DNA of 63,059 nt, counting the filler. It is 10 parts of 10 records of this genome, joined end to end, with 100 filler letters (N's around TTAATTAATTAA, not from the genome) between each part and the next. Parts side by side here need not be neighbours in the genome. Positions count along the whole stretch, not along the records: positions 56,848 to 63,059 come from SRR31156797_70065; 9 more parts are not named here. One strand, written 5' to 3'. Within the stretch, counting starts at the first letter, position 1; each line of letters starts with the position of its first letter. The notes beneath the pieces are model-generated. The model worked only from the letters and a program-made list of their open reading frames with translations, was not told the DNA's origin and made no database searches. Below, piece after piece: positions 61,225 to 63,059 of this stretch. Both the position numbers and the translations under genes were made by a program.

Positions 61225-62346
61225 GTGAAGAAAGTCGGGATTGTAGGATGGAGAGGTATGGTCGGATCCGTACTGATGGACAGGATGATGTCCGAAGGCG
61301 ATTTCACCAGAAAAACCATGGAGCCCCTGCTCTTCTCCACCTCCCAGGCCGGACAGGACGCCCCGGATTTCGGCAGAGAGCTGCCCCCCCTGGCGGATGC
61401 CTTCGACCTGGAACTGCTGAAGCAGCAGGATATCATCGTAACATGCCAGGGCGGTTCTTACACTGAGAAGATATACCCCGAGCTGAAGAAGGCCGGATGG
61501 AAGGGCTACTGGATCGACGCCGCCTCGACCCTCCGCATGAAGGACGACAGTCTGATCGTCCTGGATCCGGTAAACCGCGACGTCATAGACAGGGGGCTGG
61601 CCTCCGGAATCACCACCTACGCGGGCGGAAACTGTACGGTCAGCCTGATGCTGATGTCACTGGGTGGACTGTTCAGAGAGGGCCTGGTGGAGTGGATGAC
61701 CTCCATGACCTATCAGGCCGCGTCCGGTGCGGGCGCCCGGAATATGAAGGAGCTCATTGCCCAGATGGGAGTGCTCGGCGAAACGGGAAAGGACATGCTC
61801 GATCCCGCTTCGGCCATCCTGGAGCTGGACAGGAAGATCACCGATACCCTCCGGGACGGAAGCTTCCCCGCCGACCAGTTCGGCGCTCCCCTCGCCGGCA
61901 GCCTGATCCCCTGGATAGACAAGCCCATGGACAACGGCATGACCAAGGAAGAGTGGAAGGGATTCGCCGAGACCAACAAGATCCTGGCCAACGATCCTGC
62001 CATCCCCATCGACGGGCTCTGCGTCCGGATCGGCTCCATGAGATGCCACAGCCAGGCCCTGACCATCAAGATGACAAAGGATGTCCCCCTGGACGAGATC
62101 GAGGACATCCTCAAAAGCGCCAACGACTGGGTTCGCTACATCCCCAACGAGAAGGAGCAGACCCTGGCCGGGCTCACCCCCGCCGCCGTATCCGGAAGCC
62201 TCACCGTTCCCGTCGGGCGGCTGAGGAAATTGAACATGGGCCCCGACTATCTGACGGCCTTCACCGTGGGAGACCAGCTCCTCTGGGGCGCGGCCGAACC
62301 TGTCCGCCGTATGCTCGGCATTGCCCTGGATCATCTGGAAGGCTGA
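61225..62346 (+). CDS. asd: Aspartate-semialdehyde dehydrogenase
   Basis: [28 protein letters not shown] and [11 protein letters not shown]. Confidence 0.97.
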   Translation: MKKVGIVGWRGMVGSVLMDRMMSEGDFTRKTMEPLLFSTSQAGQDAPDFGRELPPLADAFDLELLKQQDIIVTCQGGSYTEKIYPELKKAGWKGYWIDAASTLRMKDDSLIVLDPVNRDVIDRGLASGITTYAGGNCTVSLMLMSLGGLFREGLVEWMTSMTYQAASGAGARNMKELIAQMGVLGETGKDMLDPASAILELDRKITDTLRDGSFPADQFGAPLAGSLIPWIDKPMDNGMTKEEWKGFAETNKILANDPAIPIDGLCVRIGSMRCHSQALTIKMTKDVPLDEIEDILKSANDWVRYIPNEKEQTLAGLTPAAVSGSLTVPVGRLRKLNMGPDYLTAFTVGDQLLWGAAEPVRRMLGIALDHLEG

Positions 62347-62381
62347 TCCCTTTTACAGCGGCAGCCTGGAAAGAAACAGAA

Positions 62382-62407
62382 AGACCGTCCCCAGGGGCGG
62401 TTTTTTT
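62382..62407 (+). terminator. Intrinsic terminator after asd
   Basis: ACCGTCCC-CA-GGGGCGG followed by T7. Confidence 0.75.
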
Positions 62408-62457
62408 GTTCTATAATAGAGACATCAAAGGCCTGCGATACCGCAGTGGAGGCTCCC

Positions 62458-63059
62458 ATGTTCCGTCGGCAAACACTCTTCGTCATCCTGATGTTCCTTC
62501 TGACAGGGATATCCCTTTCCGCCCTGACGCCGGGCGTCCGCCTGAGCATAGGCATCAGCAGCGGCGTGGGGGAAGGGTGGAACGAGGTCCTCGATGACGC
62601 CGGCAACCGGGACTTCAGCGATGCCCTGCTCTGCGCCGGTTTATCGGTCTTTGCGGACCTGCCCCTGGAAGAGGGCTATTCCTTCGTTCCCGAACTGGGT
62701 TTTGCAGTCAACAGGGGCGCCCGGCTTTCCAATAAGGACGGGGATTCTGTGGAGATTGGCATCCCCTTTCTTATGGAGTTCCTCCTCCCCCTGGCCCGGG
62801 ACTTCGAGTTTGCCGACGGCAGAAGGGCCTTCCGCATCATGGGAGGGATTCAGATGCAGTACGGCTTCGGCCTTGAGGTCAGGACGGATGTGGACGGCCA
62901 TAAGGAGACCATAGATCCGAAAAACAAGACTCCCCTGGCCGCCGGCGTCGTCCTGGGAACGGGTCTTGAATTCGGAAGGCAGAAAAAAAGGTCCTGGTTC
63001 CTGGACATGAGGCTGAAGATCCCCTTCAGCGATACGATGAGCTATCATTCGGATAGCCT
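62458..63059 (+). CDS. Probable outer-membrane beta-barrel protein (3' truncated)
   Basis: Not in the ORF track. GGAGG SD, then MFRRQTLFVILMFLLTGISLSA signal peptide and strands such as SFVPELGF, GVVLGTGLEF and WFLDMR; open to the window end. Confidence 0.7.
   Translation, partial: MFRRQTLFVILMFLLTGISLSALTPGVRLSIGISSGVGEGWNEVLDDAGNRDFSDALLCAGLSVFADLPLEEGYSFVPELGFAVNRGARLSNKDGDSVEIGIPFLMEFLLPLARDFEFADGRRAFRIMGGIQMQYGFGLEVRTDVDGHKETIDPKNKTPLAAGVVLGTGLEFGRQKKRSWFLDMRLKIPFSDTMSYHSDS

Noticed and set aside
56800..62597. Long alternative ORFs (56800-58170 -, 57336-58235 +, 59135-60598 +, 61497-62597 +, 61657-62334 -)
   Set aside because: They overlap umuC, the acyl-CoA ligase and asd in a GC-rich contig where stops are rare; composition is Arg/Pro/Gly-rich or antisense-like.

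Overview
This window is not one continuous locus. It is ten unrelated contig fragments joined by nine identical 100-bp artificial linkers (N44-TTAATTAATTAA-N44), so gene context is only valid within a fragment. Taxonomic hints below are inferences from gene style and composition. (A, 1-9975) End of a PQQ sugar dehydrogenase gene, a GNAT, a blaR1-blaI / class D beta-lactamase module with two perfect BlaI-type operators, and a nikABCDE-type ABC operon. (B, 10076-15745) vgrG followed by a DUF2169-pentapeptide gene (T6SS spike module). (C, 15846-23188; alphaproteobacterial-like) pssA/psd, a LysM protein, two cytochromes c, LOG, a solitary yjhX/topAI with a structured uORF-containing leader, a MotB/OmpA-like gene and an unknown gene. 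(D, 23289-29513; Bacteroidota-like) One co-oriented cluster: NuoF/HydB-like subunit, an unusual truncated Fe-S flavoprotein, a PQQ-type beta-propeller, a glycosyltransferase and an ABC exporter. (E, 29614-34821) TonB-dependent receptor, LuxR, MBL, START, DUF2062 and SDR genes. (F, 34922-40051) czcB-czcA-PII-like. (G, 40152-45312; AT-rich) Ankyrin-TPR lipoprotein, CBM-GH13 amylase and an outer-membrane barrel. (H, 45413-50791) Sensor kinase, sigma54 activator and NhaC-family transporter, with a visible sigma54 promoter and candidate enhancers. (I, 50892-56747) eno, lutABC, an SLT-like protein lacking the catalytic Glu, and a PEP-CTERM-type protein. (J, 56848-63059) umuC, a candidate sRNA, a DHp-REC protein, an acyl-CoA ligase, asd and an outer-membrane barrel. 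The best candidates for an undescribed system are the redox/propeller/glycosyltransferase/ABC cluster in D, the uORF attenuator on the orphan yjhX in C, the BlaRI-controlled lipoprotein class D enzyme in A, and the sRNA in J. No rRNA, tRNA or CRISPR array was seen.
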